A stretch of 64,000 bases of DNA, taken from Protoeuglena noctilucae. Lineage: Eukaryota. Position 1 is the first letter of the stretch, and every line of letters begins with the position of its first letter. The stretch lies in contig OY253686.1 of the NCBI GenBank assembly GCA_958009085.1, positions 496,001 through 560,000 of the forward strand, written 5' to 3'. Both the position numbers and the translations under genes were made by a program. Below the pieces are notes generated by a model. It had not been told where the DNA came from. It saw only the letters and a program-made list of their open reading frames with translations, and searched no databases. Of the stretch, positions 62,501 through 64,000 are shown one piece after another.

Positions 62501-64000
62501 CTCGCGCAATCGGGGGATGCCCAGCGTCACGTTGGCCTCGCCACGGCCGGCCATGTGGAAACTGGGAAGGGAAAAAGAATAAGGGTTGTTGTTAAAGCGC
62601 TAGTTGGTGTTCGTGCTGTTTGTTGTGAGAGGTGCCTGGAGGGTGGGGGGCGTTGTTTGCGTAACTGGCTGTCCCCAACGACTGCCCGGCAATCACCATC
62701 AATGCATCGTCGATACAACTTGTCAATTATCACTATCACATATCATATATCACCCCTCACTCACGTGTTGAGAGTCATCTGCGTGGACGGCTCCCCCAGC
62801 GACTGCCCGGCAATGACGCCCACGGCCTCTCCTGGGTCTGCCATCCCCGTCAGGTACTTCAAATCCATGAGATGGGAGAAGGAGGAAGGGGCTGGGGGGG
62901 AAGGGTGGGGTGAGGGGTTGAGGGTGGGTGGGGGTGGCAGTGGGGGGGGTAGCTACACAACACAAGCAAACATCACCAGCCAGCAAATCAACCAACCACA
63001 ACACCAATTCCATCCCCATTCCCAATCCCAATACTCACTCATGACCCCCCCATCAACCCCCCCGCCCCTCGCCCCCTTCCCCTCCGATGCCTGCTTGAAA
63101 CGCCCCCCCTCCTTTGTCAGAAACTCGGCCACCGCGTCCCCGTAGCTTTCTGGCACGCATCCCAGCGCCGTGGGCGGATACTGGCACTGCACTGGCAGGG
63201 CCCGGTCGACTGACTCGGGGCCGTTTCTGGCGAGGGCCTTCTGGCGGCGGCGGCGGGCGTGGGAGACCTGGGAAGGGGGGGATATGATGGGGGATAAGTG
63301 AGTTAGGGAGAGTGGGTGCAGGTAATTTAAAAGATAGGGGAGTGAGAGGGGGGTGATTGGGTGGAGACAATGCATGGACAGCCAAGCACCATTCGCACCC
63401 CTCTCCACACTATTAACAATCAACATGTTTTGGATAAACACGTTGACATTCACTCACACTCTCACACCCATCTCTCTCACCTGCCCCTCAACGACCCCCC
63501 CCTCCCCCCCCACCCTCCCCGCCCCCAGCTGCTGCGCCACTCTGGCGGCGTTGTCTGCCAGAAAGTCGAATCGCCTCGCGTAGGAAGCGCGCATGACATC
63601 CGATCCGTCCTCGCCATACACGAATTGCACGATGGAGCCATCGGAGGCGTCGCGGACTGAGTTAGGGGGGGTGGGGAATCGTAATTTAATAAGGTATAAG
63701 GGTTGGTGGTTGCTTGATAGTTATGGCTAATGGAGCTATCGGATGCGTCGCGGACTGAAGGGGGCGGAGTAGAAGGTGGGTGAGGGTGGTGGTGGTGGTG
63801 AGGGTGGGTGTGGATGGCCGTGAGCGCCTCCAGGTTCTTAATCAGTCACAATCGCTGCATATCATGCATTGCATATCTATAATATACCATAATCTATTAA
63901 ACACCTATAACATCTATAACTAATAACTCACCCGTCGCGTCGTAGGCCACCGTGAGCGCCTCGAGGTTCTTGATCAGGCACCGCTGCAGGTACCCCGACC
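59591..64000 (-). CDS. RPA1: RNA polymerase I largest subunit, 3' part (5' part beyond the window), multi-exon
   Basis: [62 protein letters not shown] (Pol I-type), [46 protein letters not shown]. Confidence 0.96.
60944..61025 (-). repeat. CCCCCACTGCCACCC minisatellite family copy in an RPA1 intron
   Basis: GGCAGTGGGGGT units. On the transcribed strand they are C-rich and lie near the acceptor, as in dynein. Confidence 0.8.

Noticed and set aside
1..64000. CRISPR array, transposase, tRNA/rRNA genes or a prokaryotic operon/defence island
   Set aside because: No regularly spaced repeat-spacer units, transposase/RT motifs, cloverleafs or rRNA similarity were seen. The genes are spliceosomal-intron-containing eukaryotic genes of unrelated function.

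Overview
GC-rich, intron-rich eukaryotic nuclear DNA. It is most likely from a green alga: several genes belong to plastid/cyanobacterial-type families (DUF3172, DUF2993, DUF493, rhodanese) with transit-peptide-like N-termini, and there is a dynein heavy chain. I reconstructed 16 protein-coding genes by hand, 15 spliced and one intronless: a very divergent dynein heavy chain (5' end outside the window), a WD40 protein with a C-terminal HNH-like zinc finger, DUF3172, an MBOAT acyltransferase, DUF2993, DPAGT1/ALG7, an F-box/LRR/beta-helix protein, an extended SDR reductase, rhodanese, DUF493, a PhoD-like phosphatase, a ligase-kinase-2H (Trl1/RNL-type) RNA repair enzyme, an FAD monooxygenase, an intronless bacterial-type deacetylase, a double-RCC1 membrane protein, and the 3' part of RPA1. 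The most striking signals are three. (1) Many introns contain short decayed copies ('echoes') of the adjacent exon end, often including the splice site, and their mismatches often fall at synonymous positions. (2) Roughly one intron in six appears to use a GC donor. (3) The compact three-domain RNA repair enzyme is invisible in the ORF track because introns split it. All exon boundaries are manual inferences without transcript data. Family assignments rest on motifs recalled from knowledge, not on database searches.
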